From positions 6,004 to 70,003 of the forward strand of contig JBBAAG010000006.1 in NCBI GenBank assembly GCA_041658405.1: a DNA stretch of 64,000 nucleotides. The letters are read 5' to 3'. Source of the DNA: Elusimicrobiota bacterium. Lineage in GTDB: Bacteria > Elusimicrobiota > UBA5214 > JBBAAG01. The notes under the pieces are model-generated. The model did no database searches, was not told where the DNA came from, and saw nothing but the letters and a program-made list of their open reading frames with translations. Below are positions 35,658-44,839 of this stretch, one piece after another; the first letter of the stretch is position 1; every line of letters begins with the position of its first letter. The position numbers and the translations under genes were made by a program.

Positions 35658-36941
35658 TTAAGTTAAGTTAATACTTTTTCTAGGATTCCTGAAAAAATCC
35701 GCTATAGTTATATACTGAAAATCTCCTTTATCCTTTATTAAGTTATTTGTTTGTAGAATGACTGTTTTCTGTGTCTTTTTATATCTTCTTCCAAACAAAT
35801 CTAGTGAAGTTAAAAGTACAGGAGAATTTCCAGATTTTACTTCTATGGCAATTAATTTGTCTCCGGCTTGAATTACGAAATCTACTTCATCGTCTCTGTC
35901 ACGCCAATAAAAAAGTTCACCACCTATTTCTTGAGCAATAGCTAGTAGTTTCACTCCTATAGCATTTTCAGTCAATCTACCCATCAACGCTTTGTCCTTC
36001 AGCGTAACCTTATAACCAGTGCCTCTCGTGGCAGTAACTAATGAATTATCCCATACCAATATTTTTGGGGTGGATCCTCTCTGCTTGATTCTGCTGCCGC
36101 TGTATTTCTCCAGAGGGGATAATAGAAACGCATTAGATAATAACCTTAGATAAGACGCTATTGTTGTAGTATTCCCGGCATCCTGCAACTGGCCAAGCAT
36201 TTTTTGGTAGCTGATTATTTCAGCAGGATGTACCAGCCCAATGCCGAGTAGCTGGCGTAACAATGCGGGTTTGGTAATCGCCGACATGAGCAGTACATCT
36301 TTTGACAGGACAGTTTCTATCAACGAATCTCTGATATATTTTGACCATCTTGGCTCATCATCACGCAAAGGAATTGCTCCGGGGTATCCTCCAAAATAAA
36401 GGTATTCCTCTATTTTCATTTTAAAGTATTCTTCACATTCAGGAAATGACCAGTGGGTATGCCTGTGGATTTCAAAACGTCCGGCTAGGCTTTCAGTCAA
36501 CCCTTTTTGCACTAAAAGTGATGAAGAACCTAAAAGAATAACTCGTATCGATTTTTTTGTTCTCTTATCTTCATCAAACAATTTTTTTACAACTTCACTC
36601 CAGCGCGGTATTTTTTGTACTTCATCAAGTATAAGAAGTGTTTTACTTCTTTTCTTCTCGTATAATACCCTGGCTTCATCCCATTGCGCTGTAATCCAAT
36701 CAATAGTAGGGGTATTCGGCAAGTCTGCGGTTTTATAAAGTTTTGGCCCGGCCCACTTCTTGTATAACTGCAGAACGAGAGTTGTTTTTCCAACCTGTCG
36801 CGGCCCTATAACAACCTGAATTAGATTCGGTTCTCCATGCGACCTTTTATCCAGTTCATCAAACAGGAACTTTCTGATATATTCTTTCATAATGCAAAAA
36901 TAATAGCATGTCAGGAAACATCTGTCAAACGAATAACTCAA
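35658..36941 (-). CDS. AAA+ ATPase with C-terminal DUF4143-like domain
   Basis: Walker A GPRQVGKTTL and Walker B LLILDEVQ. The architecture is typical of the AAA_14 + DUF4143 family. The true start may be the internal Met at about 36890. Confidence 0.65.
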   Translation of the reverse strand: MSYSFDRCFLTCYYFCIMKEYIRKFLFDELDKRSHGEPNLIQVVIGPRQVGKTTLVLQLYKKWAGPKLYKTADLPNTPTIDWITAQWDEARVLYEKKRSKTLLILDEVQKIPRWSEVVKKLFDEDKRTKKSIRVILLGSSSLLVQKGLTESLAGRFEIHRHTHWSFPECEEYFKMKIEEYLYFGGYPGAIPLRDDEPRWSKYIRDSLIETVLSKDVLLMSAITKPALLRQLLGIGLVHPAEIISYQKMLGQLQDAGNTTTIASYLRLLSNAFLLSPLEKYSGSRIKQRGSTPKILVWDNSLVTATRGTGYKVTLKDKALMGRLTENAIGVKLLAIAQEIGGELFYWRDRDDEVDFVIQAGDKLIAIEVKSGNSPVLLTSLDLFGRRYKKTQKTVILQTNNLIKDKGDFQYITIADFFRNPRKSINLT

Positions 36942-37132
36942 TCCATTGAGTTATTCGTTAATATTACCACAGAAGCGTTTATGTATTAAATGGATGTGTT
37001 TTAACATTGAAAAGTGACCCACTTCTAACATCCAATATTGACCCAGTCTGTAGTTATTGTTACCGTCGCAATCGTTATACATACTCCCGTGTCATTTCTG
37101 AAGATTAAATTGGGGCAATTACCAGGGCTATT

Positions 37133-39232
37133 TTACAATGTTATCTTCACAACTTCGTACTCTCCAATTCTTGGGAGTACAAACTTTACAGTATTTCCTT
37201 TTTGCGTGAATTTAAGTTTTTTCCCGGACCACAACGCGGTGACAGATTGTATTTTGTTCTTAACCTTGAGTTCAACCTCGACGTAGTGCACAGGTATAAT
37301 TTGTTCAATCGGCCGTTTAGTTTCGGATGTGAAGTTCACGAAGTATGCATAAACATCACCGGTTTCTTTACTTTTCCTTACCGTAATCTCGATAGATGTC
37401 GGTGTATTGGTAAGTTTTACCTCAACCCCGGCTAATGATTTCAATATATTCCTTGTTATACGATAAAAGTCGGGAAGGTTAAACCTGGCTAATGCATGTC
37501 CTACAGTTCCGGCAAAAAAGATTGACCGTCCTTTACCATACTTGTTCTCAATAAGGAACGGTTTCTCAGACTTCTTCGGTGCACCGGCATACCGTCCCAG
37601 CAGCGGTTCATAAAACTTTATTGGCGCTGCGAGTTTGGTGGTTACATTCAACCCGTGGATGGTAGAGACAATATAGTTTCGTTTATTCAACCCCTTTACA
37701 CTAAAATGGTTAGGATTTGCTGCGTAAATAAAGTCCCAGTTCAGCGGGCCGAACGGCGTACCAACACTTTGAATACCCATAACATCTGCTAGTTGCAGGT
37801 TTTTACACTTCTTTCCTTTTTCATCGTACAACGATGTTTCAAACGAAGACAAAATGTTCCCGCCGGAATTGACAAACTTTTTCACGCCGGTAACAACATT
37901 CTTTGACATACACGCAACATTGGGGAATACTACCAGTTTGTACTTCGGGTCGATATTCTCAAGCGCTTTTTCGTCGATAACATCAAACGGTACATGGTTC
38001 CTCGCAAGAATAGCGTAGAACCCGTAAAACTCTTCCAGTACATTCCCAGCTTTTTCAGCTTTCATCTCTTTTGTAAAATCGGTCAGCGGTATTTCAGAAC
38101 CGGTATAATAATTCCCTGTTTGAGCAGGCCACACCAACGCAACGGATGCCAACGACGCGGTGTTTATAAACAGTTCAGGATACTTTTTGATAAACGCATT
38201 GTATTTCTGCAGTACCTTCATCTCGTTCGGGTAACACTCCGGATCATCCGAATACGAAATATTCACGTTCGATTGATGCGTAATTGTTTGGCTGTACAGA
38301 ATACTGATCTCACCAGCGGGTAAGGTTGAGAAATTCCAGGGTTTATGCCCCGTTGCACAGAAAACTACTGATGGTTTACCGCCCGCCAGTCCATTGATCA
38401 ATTTCGAGGTAGCTCCGGGTTTGTAAATAGACTCGCGTAGCTCGCCGATAAGAAACCCGCCCTCTGTTCCGAGCATATCGGTAACTTCGATGATTTTACG
38501 GTTATTCCTGCCTGTTGGCCAGTCCGGAGATATCGTGTTGCCGTTCATGTAAAGCAACGTATCAGGGTTCGCTTGTTTTATCACGCGGTTGGATTCAGCA
38601 AGAAACGCGTGCATACTTTCCGACTGGAACTCTAAGAGATCGTACCACTGAGGGTTATCGCGCTGGGAAACAAGCTTAGTTTTCGAAGGTAGTTCATACC
38701 CATACTTTTTTTGGAACGCGGTTTTGCACGCGGTGCAATAACACGTGTCCGCCAAAAATATAGGCCCGTCAAAAAATATGCCGTCCACCCCGCAGGACGC
38801 GAGGTCACGTACGACTTTGAATACCCGTTCCCGCCATGGACTGTTGATGCAAAATGAAGTATTTCTGCTGTAGAGGTTGTCTACGGCAATGCCGTCCTCT
38901 TTCCTCTGTACCCAAGCCGGCATAAGATCGATATACTTAGTATTTTCGGAGTGAACGTTGTAGTACACGATTACCCGCGTTTTTTGTTTCCGTGCATGCT
39001 CAAGATATTTTTTTAAGGATACTGAATCAATTTCTAGAGAATGGTCCCATGGTACATGAAATATTTCTTCAGGAAGATCGCTTCCCCCGCGTTTAAACGC
39101 GTAGTTTATCAAATGTTCGGCATTACCGCCGAGTTTTTTAAGGGTTTGTATTTTCTTTGTAAAATCATCAAACTTATCCGGGAATTTTATTATCCGTATC
39201 GGCTCCGTAAGCCACCATTTCTTTTCGCTCAT
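37133..39232 (-). CDS. cytoplasmic putative glycoside hydrolase (GHL-type TIM barrel + beta-galactosidase-trimerisation-like domain)
   Basis: 699 aa with no signal peptide. The C-terminal region VVFPNVACMSKNVVTGVKKFVNSGGNIL resembles the class-I amidotransferase-like trimerisation domain of GH42/GHL proteins. The family assignment is tentative. Confidence 0.45.
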   Translation of the reverse strand: MSEKKWWLTEPIRIIKFPDKFDDFTKKIQTLKKLGGNAEHLINYAFKRGGSDLPEEIFHVPWDHSLEIDSVSLKKYLEHARKQKTRVIVYYNVHSENTKYIDLMPAWVQRKEDGIAVDNLYSRNTSFCINSPWRERVFKVVRDLASCGVDGIFFDGPIFLADTCYCTACKTAFQKKYGYELPSKTKLVSQRDNPQWYDLLEFQSESMHAFLAESNRVIKQANPDTLLYMNGNTISPDWPTGRNNRKIIEVTDMLGTEGGFLIGELRESIYKPGATSKLINGLAGGKPSVVFCATGHKPWNFSTLPAGEISILYSQTITHQSNVNISYSDDPECYPNEMKVLQKYNAFIKKYPELFINTASLASVALVWPAQTGNYYTGSEIPLTDFTKEMKAEKAGNVLEEFYGFYAILARNHVPFDVIDEKALENIDPKYKLVVFPNVACMSKNVVTGVKKFVNSGGNILSSFETSLYDEKGKKCKNLQLADVMGIQSVGTPFGPLNWDFIYAANPNHFSVKGLNKRNYIVSTIHGLNVTTKLAAPIKFYEPLLGRYAGAPKKSEKPFLIENKYGKGRSIFFAGTVGHALARFNLPDFYRITRNILKSLAGVEVKLTNTPTSIEITVRKSKETGDVYAYFVNFTSETKRPIEQIIPVHYVEVELKVKNKIQSVTALWSGKKLKFTQKGNTVKFVLPRIGEYEVVKITL

Positions 39233-39251
39233 GATATCCTCCTACAAAATA

Positions 39252-39446
39252 TTATCTTTGCAATTTCCATACATCTTTCCCCATATTGTTTCCTGCAACC
39301 ACCCATAAAGCATCGTTGTGCGGATTCCAGCCGCCGATAAGCCACATTTTTCCTTTAAATACCAGCGCGCCTGCCCCGTCCCGTGGTGCATAAGTTGTTG
39401 TAGTTACCGACGATAGGATTATACACATCCTTGTGTCAAAATTCAA
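39252..39446 (-). pseudogene. possible gene fragment (Kelch/beta-propeller-like remnant) upstream of the GHL gene
   Basis: 64-aa ORF ...KGKMWLIGGWNPHNDALWVVAGNN. It is too short for a domain and ends 19 nt before the next gene. Confidence 0.2.
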
Positions 39447-39676
39447 TGCAATAATGGGTCGTATTTGGATGCAAACTCACAGGCGTTTATCGGCTGTTAT
39501 TCCAATCCCGTTTTTTACTCTTTCACAAAAAATAGGTATAATATTTGCAATCAAATCGGAGGAACGGACTATGAGTACAAAACACAGCGAAAATAGAACA
39601 ACAATAAAGAGCAAATCCTCTACTCTACTGATAGACGCGAGAATCAAAGAGCTGGACGACTGGAGAGGCAAGACGC

Positions 39677-40660
39677 TCAATCACACTTAACGATTTCAAT
39701 GCTTATATGCGCCAGTTCGTGTACTTCTTTCAGCAATTCCTTGTATACATCCAATTCTTTAGGCTCTTTTGCAACCAAAGATATAATGCACGAATACCTG
39801 TTTTGTTCTACTTTCCAAAGATGTAAGTCAGATATTTTTGTGTCATTATCATTTTCTACTATCCCTTTGATTTCTTGCTGTAACTCTTCATTGTTTCCGC
39901 TGTCCAACAAAATCGTTGCAGTATCTCTCAATAATTGAAATGACCAGCGGAAGATTAGTATCGAACTTACAATACCCATCAACGGGTCAAGAAAGTTTAA
40001 CTGCATAAGTTTTGCACCTAATAACGCGACAATCGCGAAAACAGAAGTTAATGCATCAGCGATCACATGTAGATACGCCGATTTCATGTTCAAGTCGTGT
40101 TCCAGCTGGTGGGTATGACCGTGTTCATGGTTGTGGTCATTATGATGATCATGATGGTGATGATGTTGTCCCTGCTTATCGAAACTTAGTATCGCTGCGC
40201 AGGCAACGTTTACAAGTAATCCCAAACCCGCAACTAGTAATGCTTGGTTATACTGGATAACCAGGGGATGCAATATTCTATCAACAGAAAAGTATACTAC
40301 GCACAGGCCAACTATTCCGAGCAAGATTGCGCTTGTATATGCCCCGAGAATTTCGATTTTCCATGTACCAAAAGTATAATCAGTATTATTCTTCTGTTTT
40401 TTCGCTATAAGGTACGCAAAAAGCGTAATTGTTAAAGCGCTGGCATGAGTTGCCATGTGCCATCCATCAGAAAGTAAAGCCATTGAGTTAAAAATGTAGC
40501 CAAACACGATTTCAGCCAGCATGGTTAGTTCGGTGATTATGATAACAACAAAAACTTTTCTAAAATTTGATTCTTTGACTTCATGAAAGTTGTGCGGGTG
40601 CTGATAAACTTGTATATTACTGTGGTGCATTTCGGTATTTATACTCCCTTTATTAAACAA
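39677..40660 (-). CDS. cation diffusion facilitator (CDF) metal efflux transporter, His-rich loop
   Basis: Six TM helices, a His-rich cytoplasmic loop QGQHHHHHDHHNDHNHEHGHTHQLEH and a C-terminal cytoplasmic domain. 327 aa. Confidence 0.8.
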   Translation of the reverse strand: MFNKGSINTEMHHSNIQVYQHPHNFHEVKESNFRKVFVVIIITELTMLAEIVFGYIFNSMALLSDGWHMATHASALTITLFAYLIAKKQKNNTDYTFGTWKIEILGAYTSAILLGIVGLCVVYFSVDRILHPLVIQYNQALLVAGLGLLVNVACAAILSFDKQGQHHHHHDHHNDHNHEHGHTHQLEHDLNMKSAYLHVIADALTSVFAIVALLGAKLMQLNFLDPLMGIVSSILIFRWSFQLLRDTATILLDSGNNEELQQEIKGIVENDNDTKISDLHLWKVEQNRYSCIISLVAKEPKELDVYKELLKEVHELAHISIEIVKCD

Positions 40661-40780
40661 CTCATATCACAAGCATTATAACAAAAATCAGTATTATAAG
40701 GTAATTATCAAACCTTAACAAGAGGGTCAAATATTGCTATAATTTAAACATACACAAGCATGAAAGGATAAATACAGCCT

Positions 40781-40978
40781 ATGATAAAGCGACGTGTCCG
40801 CTCAGGCTCTGAATTCTGCAATAAGTGCGGTATAGCAAATAATAGCGAACACTCTTGGTTACGCTCCCGGTCCAGTTTTCGATACATCCCTATACTTTGC
40901 CCCAAATGTTCGAAGACATTATCCAAGGATGTAAAAGAATTTATTAAGAACTGGCTGCATTTCAATCTCCCGCGTTGA
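40781..40978 (+). CDS. small zinc-ribbon protein (two CxxC pairs), hypothetical
   Basis: 65-aa ORF with CNKCG and CPKCS. It overlaps an antisense 73-aa ORF (40744-40965). Neither has a strong RBS. Confidence 0.3.
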   Translation: MIKRRVRSGSEFCNKCGIANNSEHSWLRSRSSFRYIPILCPKCSKTLSKDVKEFIKNWLHFNLPR

Positions 40979-42194
40979 CAATATAAACATCAGACCGTCC
41001 CCCATGGGCGGCAGTATAAGATATCCAGTTGCCGGAAGCGTCTGTTAACGGATGCGGGTGGGAATACTGCCCCGGGAGGCTTCCCCACTCGGTATTGTGC
41101 AAACAAATAGGTTCCAATTTCGGCTCGCTTTCTGTGCCATCTCCATAATATAACCATTGAAGCTTGTCACGGGAAAAGAATCCGTCGATGATCAGCGCCG
41201 GCTTGTTTGGTAACGGCGTATTGTGTCCATAAAAACTGGATTCAGGAAATACCCTCTCCCAGACTGTGTTACCGGTTGGCGTGGCCACTCCGAAATACTC
41301 CCCGCCGCTTTCCGCTTTTCCATGATAGCACATGGCAGACCCGTCCCAGAGCCACGCTTGGTGGCTTTGAAAATATCCTGGATAATATGTCTTCAACGGG
41401 CGGATCTTTCCTGTCTGTATGTCAAGCAACCAGATGCGCGATGTATGTCCGTCGCCCTTACCCCAGTATCCCGGCGGGAGATCCAGATCGAAATACAGCA
41501 GCCCGCCGTTGGACGGACAGAACGCGCAATGAGCGGACTGGGCCGGCGAAGGGTGTTCGTAAAGAATATCCATTATACCGCTTCCATCCATTGGTACACG
41601 GATCAAACGAAGGCGGTGTAAATATTCGCGATAGCGTTTTTGAGGAATTAGTGGCCATTGGCTGCCCCGCATCTCCGGGTGAGCTGAGCTTAGTGTGATT
41701 CCCACGTACTTCTCATCGGGAGAAACGCTTGGCGCTCCGAATATCCATTCATCGCCGCAGTCGTCCAAGATAATCCGCGCATCGCAGGTGTGAATATCCA
41801 CTGCCATGATGCGCCTCTCAATAGTGAACACTACTACACCAGATTTCGGGGCAATGCTGACACGGTTACCGCAAATTCCGCGGCCATCAACGTCGGCAAA
41901 GGTGAGGCACATCCCGCGGTGAATATAATTACGGTCGCCGACGCCCGGTGCGCGCCAAAGCGCTTTCAAGTCGCCTGTCTCGGCCTCTGCGGCAATAACC
42001 CATGTAGATCCTTCACGAACGGAGACGAACACCATGTATCGTCCGTCAGCGGAAAAACCTGAATTCGTATGATACGTAGGAGTCTGATTGATCCGTCCGG
42101 TGGTGGTCAAACGACGCACGGAGCGCCCGGTCAACGCATCACTATAAGTTTCTGACTCATTCCAAGTATCGCCGATCTTCATGCCTTCCTCCAA
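40962..42194 (-). CDS. oligogalacturonide-lyase-like beta-propeller protein (PL22-like)
   Basis: 410 aa, cytoplasmic. The N-terminal motif TYSDALTGRSVRRLTTTG matches the Ogl (D.TG..V.RLT) signature. WD/TolB-like propeller blades follow. Confidence 0.5.
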   Translation of the reverse strand: MEEGMKIGDTWNESETYSDALTGRSVRRLTTTGRINQTPTYHTNSGFSADGRYMVFVSVREGSTWVIAAEAETGDLKALWRAPGVGDRNYIHRGMCLTFADVDGRGICGNRVSIAPKSGVVVFTIERRIMAVDIHTCDARIILDDCGDEWIFGAPSVSPDEKYVGITLSSAHPEMRGSQWPLIPQKRYREYLHRLRLIRVPMDGSGIMDILYEHPSPAQSAHCAFCPSNGGLLYFDLDLPPGYWGKGDGHTSRIWLLDIQTGKIRPLKTYYPGYFQSHQAWLWDGSAMCYHGKAESGGEYFGVATPTGNTVWERVFPESSFYGHNTPLPNKPALIIDGFFSRDKLQWLYYGDGTESEPKLEPICLHNTEWGSLPGQYSHPHPLTDASGNWISYTAAHGGRSDVYIVNAGD

Positions 42195-42229
42195 CTAACA
42201 CCTTTTTCTTTGTAGGATTCTACACAGAC

Positions 42230-42514
42230 TTATAATTTCTCAACCATTTGGTGGAAACGTTTTTCAATTTCATTACAGAAAACAGTATCTGACAACCTGA
42301 TATTCATCATTTCTTCATCGCTCAAAGGTTTTGTTTTTGGCGATAATAACTTAATTGATAACGCTTCTGCGAACACAAGTTTATTCCCAGCCAGCGCTTT
42401 GACTTCTTTGAAAACATTTTCGTATCCGAATGTAGTATCCTTATTCTCTTCATCACTTCCGCAAGTGGTTACAAAAATAAGTTCCACGATACTTTTCATA
42501 AGCGCGAGGTCCAC
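42230..42514 (-). pseudogene. 3' fragment of a flavodoxin-family gene (duplicate of the 3' end of the gene at 49171-49617)
   Basis: GTG-initiated 94-aa ORF. Residues 6-55 (MKSIVELIFVTTCGSDEENKDTTFGYENVFKEVKALAGNKLVFAEALSIKLLS) match the C-terminus of the flavodoxin-like ORF about 7 kb downstream. The N-terminal FMN-binding half is missing. Confidence 0.45.
42349..42499. repeat. direct repeat copy 1 (about 150 bp, about 85% identical to 49188-49345)
   Basis: Aligned by eye: ...gctttgacttctttgaaaacattttcgtatccgaatgtagtatccttattctcttcatcacttccgcaagtggttacaaaaata... against the copy at about 49.2 kb. Confidence 0.65.
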
Positions 42515-42701
42515 GAAAATTACTCCAATTTATTTTACTCGGTTTTTGTTTTTCGCGCCACAGGGGGTACCCCTTGTGATGTTACTAGTTCCTTAATATT
42601 TAATAGGTATCTAACTTAAGGTCACTAACGCTGAGAAATTGGGATCCTTATACCCAATCAAACAGGTTATGACATCGTTTAGTTGTCAATTGAGTTGAAA
42701 A

Positions 42702-43370
42702 TTGAATATTGATATACTTAAATCAAAGAACTGGGAAAGACATTTGAGAATAGATATTTATCAGGTTATAAAGGACAATTATACCGTGCGGACTACCGGC
42801 GTATTTAATGACAAACTGCTTACCGTATCAATAATATTATCGATTACGGTACATTTTCTTATGTTTTACTTACCGAGGGTAATGATTGTTGAAGACGAGA
42901 TTAATCCGTTGGACTATAAACTTGTACAGTTAGTGGACATGGAACCTCTGCTTCCAATGATGCTGAAATCTGAAAATGCAGACGGCGAACTTAAACCCGT
43001 AGAGCAAACTCCCAAAGAAGTAAAGGAACTACCCAGAGAAGTAGCAAAACCAGTTACTGAATTGCAAAATTATTCTAACTACCTGCCCTTTTTTCAAGTA
43101 GCAAGGCTGCCTGAATTTATACAAAAAGTTAAGCCGGAATATCCATTAACCGCAAGGGTAAGAGACATTGAATCTAGTGTAATTGCGGAAGGATATATTG
43201 ATGCTGAAGGTAAGATGAGGAAAGTTGTTATTGTGAAAAGCGGTAGTACAGAATTTGATGCCGCAGTTATTGCTGCTTTGTACAAATCAAAATTTAAGCC
43301 AGCAATTTCGAAAGAAGGGAAGCCGGTAGCTGTTAAAGTACGGATTCCTTTTAAGTTTGAACTTGAATAA
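42702..43370 (+). CDS. tonB: TonB-family energy transducer (N-terminal TM anchor, C-terminal TonB domain)
   Basis: TTG start (ORF track). TM helix LLTVSIILSITVHFLMFYL. The C-terminus YPLTARVRDIESSVIAEGYIDAEGKMRKVVIVKSGSTEFDAAVIAALYKSKFKPA is a TonB_C fold. Confidence 0.6.
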   Translation: MNIDILKSKNWERHLRIDIYQVIKDNYTVRTTGVFNDKLLTVSIILSITVHFLMFYLPRVMIVEDEINPLDYKLVQLVDMEPLLPMMLKSENADGELKPVEQTPKEVKELPREVAKPVTELQNYSNYLPFFQVARLPEFIQKVKPEYPLTARVRDIESSVIAEGYIDAEGKMRKVVIVKSGSTEFDAAVIAALYKSKFKPAISKEGKPVAVKVRIPFKFELE

Positions 43371-43391
43371 CAGATTAGGAGGAAATGTTTT

Positions 43392-44021
43392 ATGGCAGGA
43401 ATGTCGTTTCTTGAATGGTTTAAAATGGGCGGAATATTCATGTGGCCGCTACTGATATTTTCAATAATTGGCCTGGCATACATAATAGAACGAAGCGCCG
43501 TCTTTCTTATGGTTAAAATACAACCGGGAATGGAAATTGAAGATATGTTTGCAAAACTCGACGAAAAAGATGTTGAATCTGCGAAAAAAGTGTTGGCTAA
43601 GCACAAAAACGCATATATTACAGAAGTCATGGCGGCAGGGCTTGATATGCTGGACCAGACAATTGAAAGAATGGAAAAATCGATGGAAGCGTGTATCAAT
43701 ATTAAAATAAAAATTCTTGAAAAACGGCTAAACATGCTCGTAGTAATCAGCAACCTCGCGCCACTAACCGGATTTTTGGGAACCGTATCCGGTATGATAA
43801 ACGCGTTCAAATCTATTGCCGTAGCAGAAGAAGTTTCTACCCAGCTTGTTGCCGCGGGTATTTATGAAGCGCTGATTACAACAGTTGCCGGGCTTGTTAT
43901 AGCTATAGTGGTGGTAAGCGCGCATAGCGTTTTTATGAACACTGTGGATAACTTTATCAACGATTCTGAACGGTTAACAAATAGGTTGGTTGAAGTGCTT
44001 ATAGAAAAAAAGATTAAGTAA
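43392..44021 (+). CDS. exbB: MotA/TolQ/ExbB proton-channel protein
   Basis: AGGAGG RBS at 43377-43382. Three TM helices. LAPLTGFLGTVSGMINAF is the ExbB/TolQ signature. Confidence 0.8.
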   Translation: MAGMSFLEWFKMGGIFMWPLLIFSIIGLAYIIERSAVFLMVKIQPGMEIEDMFAKLDEKDVESAKKVLAKHKNAYITEVMAAGLDMLDQTIERMEKSMEACINIKIKILEKRLNMLVVISNLAPLTGFLGTVSGMINAFKSIAVAEEVSTQLVAAGIYEALITTVAGLVIAIVVVSAHSVFMNTVDNFINDSERLTNRLVEVLIEKKIK

Positions 44022-44033
44022 GAAGAGTTTTTT

Positions 44034-44402
44034 ATGATCAAAGTAAGGCGCAGAAATAACGAGATACCGATGTCGTCAATGTCAGACATAGCATTTTTAC
44101 TTATAATATTTTTTATTGTCACAATGTCTTTTGTATACAAAAGCGGGTTGAATATACTGCTTCCAAAAAAGGGCGCGCAACCGCGGGTGGTAAGTGTTAA
44201 TGAAGTGTTCCAGCTTGAACTTAACGCTGTCGGGCGGTTGTCTCAAAACAAGATAAATATTAGCCTTGATAGCATGAAGTTTGGTACCAGAACCGGTGCT
44301 ATTATCAAGGTGGATAAAGCGTGTAAGTATGCAAATGTTATTGCGTTGATTGAACATTTGCAGAAAAACGGGGTTTACAGGATCTCGCTTAAAACATTAT
44401 GA
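44034..44402 (+). CDS. exbD: ExbD/TolR biopolymer transport protein (copy 1)
   Basis: N-terminus RRRNNEIPMSSMSDIAFLLIIFFIVT with a single TM. 122 aa. Confidence 0.75.
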   Translation: MIKVRRRNNEIPMSSMSDIAFLLIIFFIVTMSFVYKSGLNILLPKKGAQPRVVSVNEVFQLELNAVGRLSQNKINISLDSMKFGTRTGAIIKVDKACKYANVIALIEHLQKNGVYRISLKTL

Positions 44403-44818
44403 TAAAGATTAGGCGTAGAAAAGTTAATATTCCGGTCTCGTCAATGTCAGACATTGCGTTTTTATTATTAATATTCTTGATGGTAACTACACTGACATCG
44501 TCACAAAAAGCTGTTACTGTAACTCTGCCGCAGGTTGTAAAAGCGAGTAAAATAGACGCAAAGAAACGGATAAATGTGTATATAAAAAAAGACGGGAAGT
44601 TGTTTTACAACAGTAAGCAGGTAGATACGGATAAACTTATGGATATACTGGAAAACCTGGCAGTGTTCAACAAACACGCAACTGTTTTTTTGTACAGCGA
44701 CGTTGATACTGAGTATCGGCACGTTGATTCCGTAATACAGATACTAAAAAATGTTCAGATACGAAACTGCGTGTTTGCAACGAAGAATGTAACTTCGCAG
44801 GTTAATAATGCTAAGTAA
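44399..44818 (+). CDS. exbD: ExbD/TolR biopolymer transport protein (copy 2, tandem paralogue)
   Basis: ATGA overlap with copy 1. N-terminus RRRKVNIPVSSMSDIAFLLLIFLMVT. 139 aa. Confidence 0.75.
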   Translation: MIKIRRRKVNIPVSSMSDIAFLLLIFLMVTTLTSSQKAVTVTLPQVVKASKIDAKKRINVYIKKDGKLFYNSKQVDTDKLMDILENLAVFNKHATVFLYSDVDTEYRHVDSVIQILKNVQIRNCVFATKNVTSQVNNAK

Positions 44819-44839
44819 ACTATCAAGGTGTAATTGACA

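Noticed and set aside
37994-38323. 109-aa + strand ORF inside the GHL-like gene
   Set aside because: Antisense to a 699-aa CDS. Arg/His-rich with no motifs.
41207-41698. Two overlapping + strand ORFs (163 and 132 aa) inside the Ogl-like gene
   Set aside because: Antisense to a CDS with a PL22-like signature. Arg-rich composition typical of a GC-rich antisense frame.
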